From UHGV virus genome UHGV-0017033: a stretch of 21,783 nucleotides of DNA; one strand, written 5' to 3'. The DNA comes from a virus. The translations under genes were made by a program, and so were the position numbers. The notes under the pieces were generated by a model. That model did no database searches and was not told the origin of the DNA. It worked only from the letters and a program-made list of their open reading frames with translations. This document shows positions 11,125-20,297 of the stretch, piece by piece (the stretch's first letter is position 1; the number at the start of each line of letters is the position of its first letter).

Positions 11125-11579
11125 TGATTCAGTTCAAACCAACGCGAAACATCGACCTGATCGAAGCAGTCGGAAATCACCCTGACATTATTGCCGGGAG
11201 CAACAACGGTGATGGATACGACTACAAACCTGATTGCCGTTACTTTGAGGTGAACGTGCACGGGCAGTTCGGCGGCATTGTTTACTATCAGGAGATTCAG
11301 CCGCTTACATTCGATTGCCACGCCATGTACCTGCCAGAGATTCGCGGATTCAGCAAGGAAATCGGGCTGGCGTTCTGGCGATACATTCTGACTAACACCA
11401 CCGTTCAGTGCATCACATCGTTCGCTGCACGCAAATTCCGCCACGGGCAGATGTACTGCGCAATGATTGGCCTTAAGCGTGTAGGGACCATCAAGAAATA
11501 CTTCAAAGGCGTGGATGACGTGACGTTTTACAGCGCCACACGCGAAGAACTAATCGACTTCCTGAATCACGGGAGATAG
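11124..11579 (+). CDS. gp14-like virion protein
   Basis: 151-aa ORF with start overlapping the needle stop (TAATG); positional equivalent of P22 gene 14 between needle and ejection-protein genes. Confidence 0.65.
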   Translation: MIQFKPTRNIDLIEAVGNHPDIIAGSNNGDGYDYKPDCRYFEVNVHGQFGGIVYYQEIQPLTFDCHAMYLPEIRGFSKEIGLAFWRYILTNTTVQCITSFAARKFRHGQMYCAMIGLKRVGTIKKYFKGVDDVTFYSATREELIDFLNHGR

Positions 11580-11581
11580 CT

Positions 11582-12274
11582 ATGTTATATGCATTTAAGC
11601 TGGGCAGAAAACTGCGCAGCGAGGAACCTTATTGTCCTGAAAAAGGCGGGAAAGGTGGCAGCTCTGATAAAAGCGCAAAGTATGCGGCAGAAGCTCAGAA
11701 GTATGCCGCAGACCTGCAAAATCAGCAGTTCAACACCATCATGAACAACCTGAAGCCGTTTACTCCTCTGGCTGATAAGTATGTCGGCAGCCTCGAGAAC
11801 TTATCGTCTCTGGAGGGGCAAGGTCAGGCGCTAAACCAGTATTACAACTCTCAGCAGTACAAAGATCTTGCTGGTCAGGCTCGCTATCAGATTCTGGCGG
11901 CAGCGGAAGCAACAGGTGGATTGGGTTCCACTGCAACCGGTAATCAGTTAGCAACAATCGCACCAACGCTTGGTCAGCAGTGGCTGTCTGGTCAGATGAA
12001 CAACTACCAGAATCTGGCAAACGTTGGGCTTGGTGCTCTGCAAGGTCAGGCAAACGCAGGGCAGACATATGCCAACAACATGAGTCAGATTTCGCAGCAA
12101 AGTGCGGCTCTTGCAGCGGCAAATGCCAACAGACCATCAGCAATGCAATCTGCTATTGGCGGAGGTGCGTCTGGTGCTATTGCTGGGGCTGGACTTGCGA
12201 AATTAATTGGTTCATCAACTCCGTGGGGTGCTGGTATCGGTGCTGGTCTTGGTCTGCTTGGCTCGTTGTTTTAA
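11582..12274 (+). CDS. Ejection (internal virion) protein, P22 gp7-like
   Basis: 230-aa ORF; Gln/Ala/Gly-rich with glycine-rich hydrophobic C-terminus GAGIGAGLGLLGSLF; position and length match P22 gene 7. Confidence 0.8.
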   Translation: MLYAFKLGRKLRSEEPYCPEKGGKGGSSDKSAKYAAEAQKYAADLQNQQFNTIMNNLKPFTPLADKYVGSLENLSSLEGQGQALNQYYNSQQYKDLAGQARYQILAAAEATGGLGSTATGNQLATIAPTLGQQWLSGQMNNYQNLANVGLGALQGQANAGQTYANNMSQISQQSAALAAANANRPSAMQSAIGGGASGAIAGAGLAKLIGSSTPWGAGIGAGLGLLGSLF

Positions 12275-12284
12275 GGGGTAATCA

Positions 12285-13649
12285 ATGGCTACGTGGCAAC
12301 AGGGTATTAATTCTGGTGGTTTTCTGGCTGGCATCGGTACGCAAAATGAGAATGCGCCAAAGGCAAGCGACATTAACGCAACGCTTGGTCTGATCCGCGA
12401 AAACAATGAACTGGCTCGCTCAGGTGCAAATAACGTTGGCCTGACCGCGTTACGTGGTCTGGCTGGAGTTGCTGATATTTACAATCAGGAACAGCAACAG
12501 AAAGCTATTAGTGCGTTCAATAAGGTTCACGCTGATGCATGGGCTTCTGGTGATCCATCGGGACTATTTAAGTTTGCCCAGGAAAATCCAGCGTTTGTTG
12601 CACAGGCACAACAGGCGTTTTCCGGTCTTAATGATCAGCAACGCAACGATATGGGCGATTTAGCCATGAGGGCTAACGTCGCTCTTTCTCAGGGACCGGA
12701 AGCCTACAGTAAATTCATTACTGATAACAAGGACAGGTTAAATCGCGTGGGGGCGAATGCTGACTGGATGATTCAGACAGGTATTCAGAATCCAGAGCAG
12801 CTATCACACATGCTGACTACTATGTCTCTCGGTGCACTTGGGCCAGAAAAGGCGTTTGCTGTTCAGGACAAGATGGCTGGTCGTGAAATTGACCGAGGCA
12901 GGCTGGCAGAGACAATCCGCAGCAATCAGGCTGGCGAGGCGCTAACAGCACGAGGTCAGAATATCACGATGCGCGGTCAGGATTTATCGATGCAGAGAGC
13001 ATCAATGAAAGGGGCGGTTGGGAATAATGAGCGTACAGTTCAGTTAGCAGATGGCAGAACTGTAACGGTAGGCGGGAAGCTTCACGGCGCTGGGGCTAAT
13101 GCGTTCTACGAAGGTATCGACAACGAGGGGAATATGGTTCGCGTTCCTGCTGGCTCTATTGCCGCTCCGGCTACATCGGCAGCAAGCGCGCAGAATTACG
13201 CAATGAAGAAAGATCTTGATGCAATTTCTGGTGCATCAATTGACGATCTTGGCTTCATGACTGGCATTACAGGCTCTTCAGGTTCTCCTGCTCTTGGTGC
13301 AGATATTCGTAGCCGTGCATCTGGTGGTGATCAGAGGAAACTATACAACGCTGCACAGCGAATCCAAGGAAAGATGCAGAATCAGGGCATTGCAGCAGCC
13401 AGAGACATGGGGGCATCCGGTATCAACACCGTTGCAGAAGCAAAGATGTATTTTCAAGGTATGCCACAGGTTGATTTCTCAAGCCCTGAAGCACTGCAAC
13501 AATCAATGCGCGACATTCAGCAATATACCGACAATTACAACCAACAATATAACGTTAATGTTGGTAAATCTCAGCGGCAGCAATCTCAACCTACACAGGT
13601 ATCACAGCCAGCAGCCAGCAGTAACTTTTCTTCACTATGGGGTGATTAA
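12285..13649 (+). CDS. Ejection (internal virion) protein, P22 gp20-like
   Basis: 454-aa ORF following the gp7 homologue; low-complexity Ala/Gln/Gly-rich composition typical of ejection proteins; positional match to P22 gene 20. Confidence 0.8.
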   Translation: MATWQQGINSGGFLAGIGTQNENAPKASDINATLGLIRENNELARSGANNVGLTALRGLAGVADIYNQEQQQKAISAFNKVHADAWASGDPSGLFKFAQENPAFVAQAQQAFSGLNDQQRNDMGDLAMRANVALSQGPEAYSKFITDNKDRLNRVGANADWMIQTGIQNPEQLSHMLTTMSLGALGPEKAFAVQDKMAGREIDRGRLAETIRSNQAGEALTARGQNITMRGQDLSMQRASMKGAVGNNERTVQLADGRTVTVGGKLHGAGANAFYEGIDNEGNMVRVPAGSIAAPATSAASAQNYAMKKDLDAISGASIDDLGFMTGITGSSGSPALGADIRSRASGGDQRKLYNAAQRIQGKMQNQGIAAARDMGASGINTVAEAKMYFQGMPQVDFSSPEALQQSMRDIQQYTDNYNQQYNVNVGKSQRQQSQPTQVSQPAASSNFSSLWGD

Positions 13650-15808
13650 TGGCTAAAGCATGGAAAGATGTTATCGCCTCTCCACAGTATCAGGCGTTAA
13701 CTGAAGAACAGAAAGCACAGGCTCAAGCGCAATATTTTGATGAGGTTGTTGCCCCTAAGGCTGGTGACAAATGGGCTGAAGCAAGAGATCAGTTTTATGC
13801 AGCATACCCTCCGCCTCAGCAGCAGAAAGAAGAACCATCATTGATGCAACAAGCTGGTGATTGGCTCACAGGTGGTCAAAGTGCAGGGCAAATTGCAGAG
13901 CAGGCTGGTCGTGGTCTGGTAAACATACCATTCGACGTATTACAGGGCGGCGCAAGCCTGATTAATGCAATCAGCCAGGGGCTTGGTGGCCCCAAGGTTT
14001 TGGATGATGTTTATCGTCCAGTCGATCGACCGACAGACCCTTACGCGCAAGCCGGTGAAACAATTGGTGGGTATCTCCTGCCAATTGGCACAGCGGCAAA
14101 AGCTGCTGGAGCGCCAGCAAAGCTCGCTGAAAATATCGGTTCCGCAGGAAACATGATTGCAGGCTCTCTTGCTGATGCTGCAAATCAGGAGGGTGATTTT
14201 GCACAAAATGCTGCCATTAACGGTGGTATCAATATTGGTGCTCAAGGCGTTCTTTCAGGTGTCGGGCGCGTTATTGCGCCAAGGGTTTCACAGGCTCTTG
14301 GTGGTGCAGCACTGAATTCTGCTAATGATGTTTCCAGGATGGCAAAGTCAGGTGCTGGGCGTCAGTCAATTGCCAGTCAGGCCGCTAATGTGTCCGAAGA
14401 TGTAGCAAAAGCGGCTGAGTCTGCTGGAATTGATATAAACGCATTAACACCAGGAATGCGATCTGGAAGTCGTGGAATTGCACAAGCCGAAGGCGCATTG
14501 GCATCAACACCAGGGATTGTTCAGGATGCCCATCAGGCAGCATTTAACGAAATATCATCAAAGTTAAGTCGAAACCTTGATGAATTTGGGGCCGCATCTG
14601 GAACGGCATCAGAAAAAAGTGCGGCTATAAAACAAAGGATTCTTAAAAATCTTGATCAGATGAAGGATGCTGAGCGCGCGGCATGGGATGACGTGCGGTC
14701 AACAATGCCAAATCAAAAAGCAAGAATGCTAAATGGTAATGCCGTTATTCAGGCAGAGCGATCTGCTGGCATACCGCTTACTCCTGAAATGAAACAGTTT
14801 GTTCAGGCAAACAATCAAGGTGGAGTAACATTTGATGGCATGAAAGCATGGAGAGCGAAATTTGCTGATGCGGAGCAAAAATATAAGCGTAGCGGAGAGG
14901 CAAATGCGGCAAGGAGAGCAGGGGAAATACGTCGGGCAATTACTGATGATATGCGCACAATGGCGGAAAACGGCGGATTTTTTGATGACTGGCAAAAAGC
15001 TAATGATCTGTCTAAAGCGAGGCTATCCGCACAAGAGAGTGCAGAGTCTGTTTTTGGGCGTGATTTGGCAACAGATGCACTGATTACGAATGGAGTAAAA
15101 TCTCTTCAATCATCGTCAGCTAAAGGTCTTAATGGTCCTGCTGGATTCCATTCTATGATCCGCGCGCTGCCAGAATCAGAGCGTGTTCCTGCTATATCAT
15201 CAATGTTGCAGGATGCTATCTCGCATGGTGTACGTGGTGGCAAATCTGATGCAGCAGGAATTAACCATATCGCAGGGATACTTACACCACAAAATGTAAA
15301 AGCCATTAGCAGATATTCCTCAGAACTTGGAAGAATTGCTGATGCATATGGCACTCTTGCAAGAGCAGCAGTGAAACCTCAGCAGTATATTGAAAGAACA
15401 GGGAGAACTGCCAATGTACTACGCGATCTGGATGCTGGTTTATCCAACGTCACATCAACAGTGTTAAATGCAATTGCCAACTCAACATCAGGTGCCATTG
15501 TTGGTGGCGCTGGAGGGGGCATTGCAGGCGCTGCCGCGGGTGCTTTAGTTGGCGCCGGGTTAAAAGGCGCTGTATCTAAAATTGCCACCACACGTAGTGG
15601 TCGATATGCGATAGAGAAAGCTGTTCAGGAAGCCACCAAAGCAGTAAGAGCTGGCGGAAGTAAAGAAGCATTAGCGGCGGCGGAACGCAGATTTATGGCA
15701 AATAAAGCCGCCGTAAAAGCAATACGTGATGCAGTTGGAAACGAAGAGTTCAATCGCTTAGCGAGGGCTGGCATTGTAGCGTCGCTAAGCGGAATAGCAC
15801 AGGAGTAA
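13649..15808 (+). CDS. Ejection (internal virion) protein, P22 gp16-like, apparently extended
   Basis: 719-aa ORF, last gene of the late-operon block; Ala/Gly-rich with hydrophobic glycine-zipper-like segment [24 protein letters not shown] near the C-terminus; positional match to P22 gene 16. Confidence 0.8.
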   Translation: MAKAWKDVIASPQYQALTEEQKAQAQAQYFDEVVAPKAGDKWAEARDQFYAAYPPPQQQKEEPSLMQQAGDWLTGGQSAGQIAEQAGRGLVNIPFDVLQGGASLINAISQGLGGPKVLDDVYRPVDRPTDPYAQAGETIGGYLLPIGTAAKAAGAPAKLAENIGSAGNMIAGSLADAANQEGDFAQNAAINGGINIGAQGVLSGVGRVIAPRVSQALGGAALNSANDVSRMAKSGAGRQSIASQAANVSEDVAKAAESAGIDINALTPGMRSGSRGIAQAEGALASTPGIVQDAHQAAFNEISSKLSRNLDEFGAASGTASEKSAAIKQRILKNLDQMKDAERAAWDDVRSTMPNQKARMLNGNAVIQAERSAGIPLTPEMKQFVQANNQGGVTFDGMKAWRAKFADAEQKYKRSGEANAARRAGEIRRAITDDMRTMAENGGFFDDWQKANDLSKARLSAQESAESVFGRDLATDALITNGVKSLQSSSAKGLNGPAGFHSMIRALPESERVPAISSMLQDAISHGVRGGKSDAAGINHIAGILTPQNVKAISRYSSELGRIADAYGTLARAAVKPQQYIERTGRTANVLRDLDAGLSNVTSTVLNAIANSTSGAIVGGAGGGIAGAAAGALVGAGLKGAVSKIATTRSGRYAIEKAVQEATKAVRAGGSKEALAAAERRFMANKAAVKAIRDAVGNEEFNRLARAGIVASLSGIAQE

Positions 15809-16132
15809 TTAATCATCCATGGATGGATTGAGCTTATCTCGTGTTGATGTGGCGATTTGTCCTACATTCCTAATCCAAGATTTCAAATCCTTGATATTGT
15901 CATTGATTTCATGAATATCTTCTTTTTTTAGCCTGTTAATATTATTCTCAATAATTTCAATGGATTGCTCAATATCAGATATGGTGAATGATAGTTTGTT
16001 CTTCTCATCTTTTATTGAGTTTTTAAGTGCTTCGTTCTCAGTCTTGAGGTCAGATATCTTTTGTTTTAAAGATGCCAGTTGGTACTGAACCACAATGAGT
16101 GCGATAGCTATCACGATAACTGTTGTATACAC
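15809..16132 (-). CDS. Small membrane-anchored coiled-coil protein (moron; function unknown)
   Basis: 107-aa minus-strand ORF starting at GTG with a strong AAGGAGG Shine-Dalgarno 5 nt upstream. N-terminal transmembrane helix TTVIVIAIALIVV followed by a heptad-rich Lys/Glu/Asn/Ile segment. Lies in a strikingly AT-rich islet, tail-to-tail with gp16. Confidence 0.65.
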   Translation of the reverse strand: MYTTVIVIAIALIVVQYQLASLKQKISDLKTENEALKNSIKDEKNKLSFTISDIEQSIEIIENNINRLKKEDIHEINDNIKDLKSWIRNVGQIATSTRDKLNPSMDD

Positions 16133-16249
16133 ACCAACCTCCTTAGTTTTGAGCAGGATACCATGAAAAAAGTAAACATCTTTTGCCTACTTCACATTTG
16201 AATGGTTTGTCATTAGGATGTTTCCGGTTTTTTAAATATGGAAATTGAT

Positions 16250-16669
16250 ATGAAGAGGATTATTGGCGTCGTTGCTGGCGCTATATTGTTATCTGGGTGC
16301 GCAACTATTGTTGGTGACGAAACGCAGCTTGTGCAAGTGAACAGCAATCCTTCCGGTGCGAGCTTTAAGGTAAAAGACGAATCAGGCGTGATTGTTGCGC
16401 AAGGTAAGACCCCGCAAGGAGTAACTCTTGCCAAGTCAGATGGTAGTTATTTTGGCAAAAAGAGCTACCAGATCACTATGGAAAAGGATGGGTACGAACC
16501 AGTTACCCTGCCAATCAAAGCCAATGCTAATGGCTGGTATATTGGTGGAAACCTTGTGTTTGGTGGGTTAATTGGTTGGCTTGCTGTAGATCCTTTTAAT
16601 GGTGGGATGTATACCTTGAAGCCAAAAGAGGCAAACGCATCTCTTATACCATCAACAAAGCAAGACTAA
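16250..16669 (+). CDS. Putative outer-membrane lipoprotein with PEGA-like domain (moron; function unknown)
   Basis: Signal peptide MKRIIGVVAGAILLSGC with lipobox LSGC; NPSGASFKV...GKTPQGVTL...KDGYEP resembles a PEGA domain (recalled motif); Gly/Trp-rich C-terminal segment. An upstream in-frame ATG at 16238 is an alternative start. Followed by an intrinsic terminator. Confidence 0.7.
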   Translation: MKRIIGVVAGAILLSGCATIVGDETQLVQVNSNPSGASFKVKDESGVIVAQGKTPQGVTLAKSDGSYFGKKSYQITMEKDGYEPVTLPIKANANGWYIGGNLVFGGLIGWLAVDPFNGGMYTLKPKEANASLIPSTKQD

Positions 16670-16677
16670 TAAATAGG

Positions 16678-16700
16678 ACCCACCTTCAGGTGGGTTTTTT
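16678..16700 (+). terminator. Intrinsic terminator after the lipoprotein gene (overlaps the mnt 3' end)
   Basis: ACCCACC-TTCA-GGTGGGT perfect 7-bp stem followed by a T6 run, 9 nt after the lipoprotein stop. Confidence 0.65.
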
Positions 16701-16937
16701 GTACAAATCCTTCAGCGTATCAAACACCATCTTCTTAACAAGCTCTGACTGCTCATCAGCGAGTCGTTCTGCATCGTCGCGATATCCAGTCACAGGCGAT
16801 GGTTTTGATAGAGCATCTTGGACGATTTGTAACAACTCGGAGTTCATTGATCTCCCATTCGCCTCCGCCCTGAATTTTAATTTCTCCCTTACTTCCATAG
16901 GCATACGGAAGTTAAAGTGCGGATCATCTCTAGCCAT
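16686..16937 (-). CDS. mnt: Mnt repressor (ribbon-helix-helix)
   Basis: 83-aa translation MARDDPHFNFRMPMEVREKLKFRAEANGRSMNSELLQIVQDAL... matches my recollection of P22 Mnt almost residue for residue. Confidence 0.9.
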   Translation of the reverse strand: MARDDPHFNFRMPMEVREKLKFRAEANGRSMNSELLQIVQDALSKPSPVTGYRDDAERLADEQSELVKKMVFDTLKDLYKKPT

Positions 16938-16959
16938 GCCATCACTCCAAGTTAGTGTA

Positions 16960-16988
16960 TTGACATGATAGAAGCACTCTACTATATT
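16960..16988 (+). promoter_or_regulatory. Pant-like promoter (-35 TTGACA, -10 TATATT) overlapping the arc operator
   Basis: TTGACA at 16960-16965, 17-bp spacer, TATATT at 16983-16988, directly upstream of arc; matches the known P22 Pant arrangement in which Arc binds between -35 and -10. Confidence 0.55.
16965..16985. promoter_or_regulatory. Arc operator (O-arc)
   Basis: ATGATAGAAGCACTCTACTAT, the 21-bp arc operator sequence as I recall it from P22, located between mnt and arc. Confidence 0.7.
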
Positions 16989-16994
16989 CTCAAT

Positions 16995-17011
16995 AGGTCC
17001 ACGGTGGACCT
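16995..17011. promoter_or_regulatory. Mnt operator (O-mnt)
   Basis: AGGTCCACGGTGGACCT, a 17-bp palindrome symmetric about the central base, matching the P22 mnt operator as recalled; lies between the arc operator and the arc start codon. Confidence 0.75.
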
Positions 17012-17027
17012 ATATTGTGAGGTGAAT

Positions 17028-17189
17028 ATGAAAGGAATGAGCAAGATGCCGCAGTTCAATTTGCGGTGGCCTAAAGAAGTATTGGATTTGGTCCGCAAGG
17101 TGGCGGAAGAGAATGGTCGGTCTGTTAACTCTGAGATTTATCAGAGAGTAATGGAAAGCTTTAAGAAGGAAGGGCGCATTGGCGCGTAA
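17028..17189 (+). CDS. arc: Arc repressor (ribbon-helix-helix)
   Basis: 53-aa translation [53 protein letters not shown] matches P22 Arc as recalled (one conservative difference). The track ORF begins upstream at an ATG inside the operator; the true start is the in-frame ATG at 17028. Confidence 0.9.
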   Translation: MKGMSKMPQFNLRWPKEVLDLVRKVAEENGRSVNSEIYQRVMESFKKEGRIGA

Positions 17190-17262
17190 AGTTGAAGCCC
17201 CAACTGCGGGAACAGTCAGGGCTTCGGTTGTCAGTAAATCCGTGGAGAAAAACCAACATGAA
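17190..17262 (-). ncRNA. sar: Putative sar antisense RNA (small antirepressor-regulating RNA) in the arc-ant intercistronic region
   Basis: By analogy with P22, where a short antisense RNA is transcribed from the arc-ant spacer and pairs with the ant ribosome-binding site. The minus strand here contains inverted repeats GAAGCCC/GGGCTTC. Exact ends are not determinable from sequence alone. Confidence 0.4.
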
Positions 17263-18193
17263 TAGTATAGCAATTTTAGAAGCAGTGAACACCTCTTACG
17301 TACCATTCAACGGTCAGCAAATTATCACCGCCATGGCTGCCGGAGTTGCATATGTTGCGATGAAGCCAATCGTTGAAAACCTTGGAATGAGCTGGTCAAC
17401 GCAGCAAACAAAACTCATGAAGCAGATTAGCAAATTCAACTGTGTTCATATGAACATGGTTGCCGCTGATGGGAAGCTTCGTAAGCTACTCTGCCTTCCT
17501 TTGAAGGAGTTAAATGGATGGCTGTTCAGCATCAACCCTGAGAAAGTTCGTGCTGACATCCGTGATAAACTGATTCAGTACCAGGAGGAATGCTTTAGCG
17601 TGCTGCATGACTACTGGACTAAAGGCCATGTAGTTAACCCACGCAAAGCTAAAAAGGCGTTGCCGGGTAAAATCACCACTGAACAGCAGGAAGCCATAAA
17701 ACAACTCGTCATGAGTCGCGGTCAGTCTCTGCCAAAAGAAAAACAGGCTAAGGCGATGATCACCATGTGGTCGTCACTGAAATCCCATTTTGGATGTTCG
17801 TACAAAGAAATCAGTGAGGAGCAGTTTACCGAAGCACTATCACTTGCAGCTCGAGTTCCACTTGAAGGTGAGTTCATTGGAAAACAAGAGAAGAAAACCA
17901 ACGAGCTTTCTGCAAAAGAAGCAAACAGCCTTGTATGGTTATGGGATTATGCCAACCGCTCACAGGCATTATTCCGCGAACTGTATCCGGCGCTAAAACA
18001 AATTCAATCGAACTATTCCGGCAGATGCTACGACTACGGTCATGAATTCTCGTATGTTATCGGAATGGCGAGAGACGTTTTAATCAATCACACACGAGAT
18101 GTTGATATCAATGAGCCAGACGGACCAACGAATCTTTCCGCATGGATGAGACTTAAGAATAAAGAATTACCTCCTTCAGTACATAACTACTGA
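17258..18193 (+). CDS. ant: Antirepressor Ant
   Basis: Internal ATG at 17258 gives [33 protein letters not shown]..., matching the P22 Ant N-terminus as recalled; immediately downstream of arc as in immI. The track ORF extends upstream to 17192. Confidence 0.85.
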   Translation: MNSIAILEAVNTSYVPFNGQQIITAMAAGVAYVAMKPIVENLGMSWSTQQTKLMKQISKFNCVHMNMVAADGKLRKLLCLPLKELNGWLFSINPEKVRADIRDKLIQYQEECFSVLHDYWTKGHVVNPRKAKKALPGKITTEQQEAIKQLVMSRGQSLPKEKQAKAMITMWSSLKSHFGCSYKEISEEQFTEALSLAARVPLEGEFIGKQEKKTNELSAKEANSLVWLWDYANRSQALFRELYPALKQIQSNYSGRCYDYGHEFSYVIGMARDVLINHTRDVDINEPDGPTNLSAWMRLKNKELPPSVHNY

Positions 18194-18211
18194 CAGATAA
18201 CCAACGCAACG

Positions 18212-18234
18212 ACCCAGCTTCGGCTGGGTTTTTT
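18212..18234 (+). terminator. Intrinsic terminator after ant
   Basis: CCCAGC-TTCG-GCTGGG perfect stem followed by a T7 run, 19 nt after the ant stop. Confidence 0.7.
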
Positions 18235-18293
18235 TATGCCCAAAATTCACCGTAGCCATGCTGCGGCGATTCCTTGTATCTGGAGCAAATTAA

Positions 18294-20297
18294 ATGACAG
18301 ACATTACAGCCAATGTTGTGGTAAGCATGCCTTCGCAACTCTTCACTATGGCTCGTTCTTTTAAAGCGGTTGCCAATGGCAAAATTTATATCGGTAAAAT
18401 TGACACTGACCCTGTAAATCCTGAAAACCAGATTCAGGTTTATGTGGAGAACGAAGACGGCTCTCACGTTCCTGTATCGCAACCAATCATCATTAACGCC
18501 GCTGGTTACCCTGTATATAACGGACAGATTGCCAAATTCGTAACTGTGCAAGGCCATTCTATGGCTGTTTATGATGCATATGGTGCGCAGCAGTTTTATT
18601 TTCCTAATGTGCTGAAGTATGATCCTGATCAGTTATCTATAAAACTATCAAGTAATATTGGATACAAATACATTGGAATGGTAGAGAGCGCTAACTCCCT
18701 TAAAGATATACAAGGAATGTCGATATCTGATAAATTATATTTAAAATCATACGTATCCGGACTCGAACTTGGTGGTGGGTTTGTTGTAGCTGTAGACAAG
18801 TCAATTGCAGTTGATAACGTAATGGTTTTAGAAGGTAACGGTGTAAATTGGAAGAGAATAAACCCAAGCCTTGAGTTTTCTGTATATGACGCTGGTTACA
18901 GCGGCGCTGGGGATATTGCATTATTTATTAATAAAATAAACTCTCTAGGTTATGATTGCGTTGTTCCATGTAGTGGAGAATTCTCGTCTTTAATTGATAT
19001 TGATTTCGCGAAGGGTGGGTTAAGAGGAACGAATAAATGCGTTTTAACTGAGATTAATGGGATATCAGGTGATTATGCAATTAGGTTAAGCAGCTCTAAT
19101 ATTTCTTATGATAATAGGGATGAAATAAATGCAACATCAATTTTAGATGGCATATCTTTTAAGATGCTAGGATCTAAAAAGATTTTACTTGGAGGTATTG
19201 GCGCTGGTGAATTATCAGAGTTAAGAATAAGTAATTCTTCATTCATATCATCTGCTGGAATTGAGTTTCTTGATAATTCATATAGAATTTTATTTGACAA
19301 GGTAACAATATCAAGATGTCTAAACAACACAATTATATTTAATTCTCCATCAAACTCAGGCGAGGTAATGACATTTAATAATTGTTGGGTTGTTGATAAT
19401 GGAGGTCCATTGACAATTAGAAATGGTCAATTTATTTTTAACTGTTGCTCTATGCCAGCAGGTAAGAAAGAAGGTTATTTTGATTCTACTGTTTTTATTG
19501 AAGATAACGCAACCGTTGTTTACTCAAGTGGAAATATTGAGTTTCAGCCAGGTCAAAGCTTTGTTGCGTTCTCTTCATCTGGAAGCACAAGAATAAGCAT
19601 TAAAGATACAACGCTACTTACTCCCTCTGGATATAGTTCAGTTCCGTTTGTTGTAAATGATGATTCAGTACTTTCATTAACAAATTGCTCATTGCCTTTA
19701 TTTGACCAAATGGATTTGGCGACAGGATCAGCAACTAGACAGGTAGTTGGAGGTAATAGTAAAAAAATAATGTCATATGGATGCTATCCACGATCTGGAT
19801 TTATAACAACTCAGTGGGATAAAGGGAACATAGTTAGTCCATACATAAATTCGCTATCAAATGGAAGTGGACAGTTTTTAAACTACTCTAACTGGAGCCT
19901 TCAACAAACTGGTTCAGGTGTTGTTACAGCAGGAACGGATTCTGATGTTCCAAATGATATTATGTTTTCCAGGTCTTTGTATGTAGCAATACCATCTATA
20001 GGAGCATCTGCAAAATTTTATCAGGAGTGCTCAGACTGCTCACCAGGACGATATTTCCAGTTAGGTTTTTGGGCTAAGAATCAAGTGACAACAATCTCTG
20101 GTATTGAGTTTTTTGATAAAGAAGGGAACTCTGTTCAGGGAAAAGCAACATTTACAATTCCACTAGGCTCCACATGGAATTTCTACGCATTAATAGATAT
20201 TGTTCCTCCTGGAGCAAGCAAAGTTAGGATTGATTTTGATGTTTCCGGTGAAGCAGGCTCTCTTCATTTGCATAATGTTATTTATGGGCTGATTTGA
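18294..20297 (+). CDS. Tailspike protein: conserved P22/Sf6-type head-binding N-terminal domain fused to a divergent, AT-rich receptor-binding body
   Basis: N-terminal ~112 aa ([43 protein letters not shown]...VLKYDPDQ) match the conserved head-binding domain of P22-like tailspikes. Beyond about nt 18630 the DNA becomes visibly AT-rich and the protein no longer resembles P22 gp9 as recalled. 667 aa. Confidence 0.85.
   Translation: MTDITANVVVSMPSQLFTMARSFKAVANGKIYIGKIDTDPVNPENQIQVYVENEDGSHVPVSQPIIINAAGYPVYNGQIAKFVTVQGHSMAVYDAYGAQQFYFPNVLKYDPDQLSIKLSSNIGYKYIGMVESANSLKDIQGMSISDKLYLKSYVSGLELGGGFVVAVDKSIAVDNVMVLEGNGVNWKRINPSLEFSVYDAGYSGAGDIALFINKINSLGYDCVVPCSGEFSSLIDIDFAKGGLRGTNKCVLTEINGISGDYAIRLSSSNISYDNRDEINATSILDGISFKMLGSKKILLGGIGAGELSELRISNSSFISSAGIEFLDNSYRILFDKVTISRCLNNTIIFNSPSNSGEVMTFNNCWVVDNGGPLTIRNGQFIFNCCSMPAGKKEGYFDSTVFIEDNATVVYSSGNIEFQPGQSFVAFSSSGSTRISIKDTTLLTPSGYSSVPFVVNDDSVLSLTNCSLPLFDQMDLATGSATRQVVGGNSKKIMSYGCYPRSGFITTQWDKGNIVSPYINSLSNGSGQFLNYSNWSLQQTGSGVVTAGTDSDVPNDIMFSRSLYVAIPSIGASAKFYQECSDCSPGRYFQLGFWAKNQVTTISGIEFFDKEGNSVQGKATFTIPLGSTWNFYALIDIVPPGASKVRIDFDVSGEAGSLHLHNVIYGLI

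Noticed and set aside
11067-11444. 125-aa minus-strand ORF antisense to the needle/gp14 genes
   Set aside because: Nested antisense to conserved virion genes with no independent signals; treated as a shadow ORF. The same reasoning applies to the other nested track ORFs (for example 1829..2134, 2303..2626, 4160..4438, 11760..12143, 13940..14245, 14729..14995, 17010..17306).
11980-12393. 137-aa plus-strand Cys/Trp-rich ORF overlapping the gp7-gp20 junction
   Set aside because: An alternative frame of the gp7 coding sequence; the composition reflects frame-shifted GC-rich codons, and there is no start context.
15809-16669. Membrane-anchored coiled-coil protein plus lipoprotein read as an Rz/Rz1-type spanin pair
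   Set aside because: The architecture is superficially spanin-like, but the two genes are divergently transcribed, the lipoprotein is large (143 aa) with a PEGA-like domain rather than a short proline-rich o-spanin, and the pair lies in the immI/sieA slot, not in a lysis cassette.
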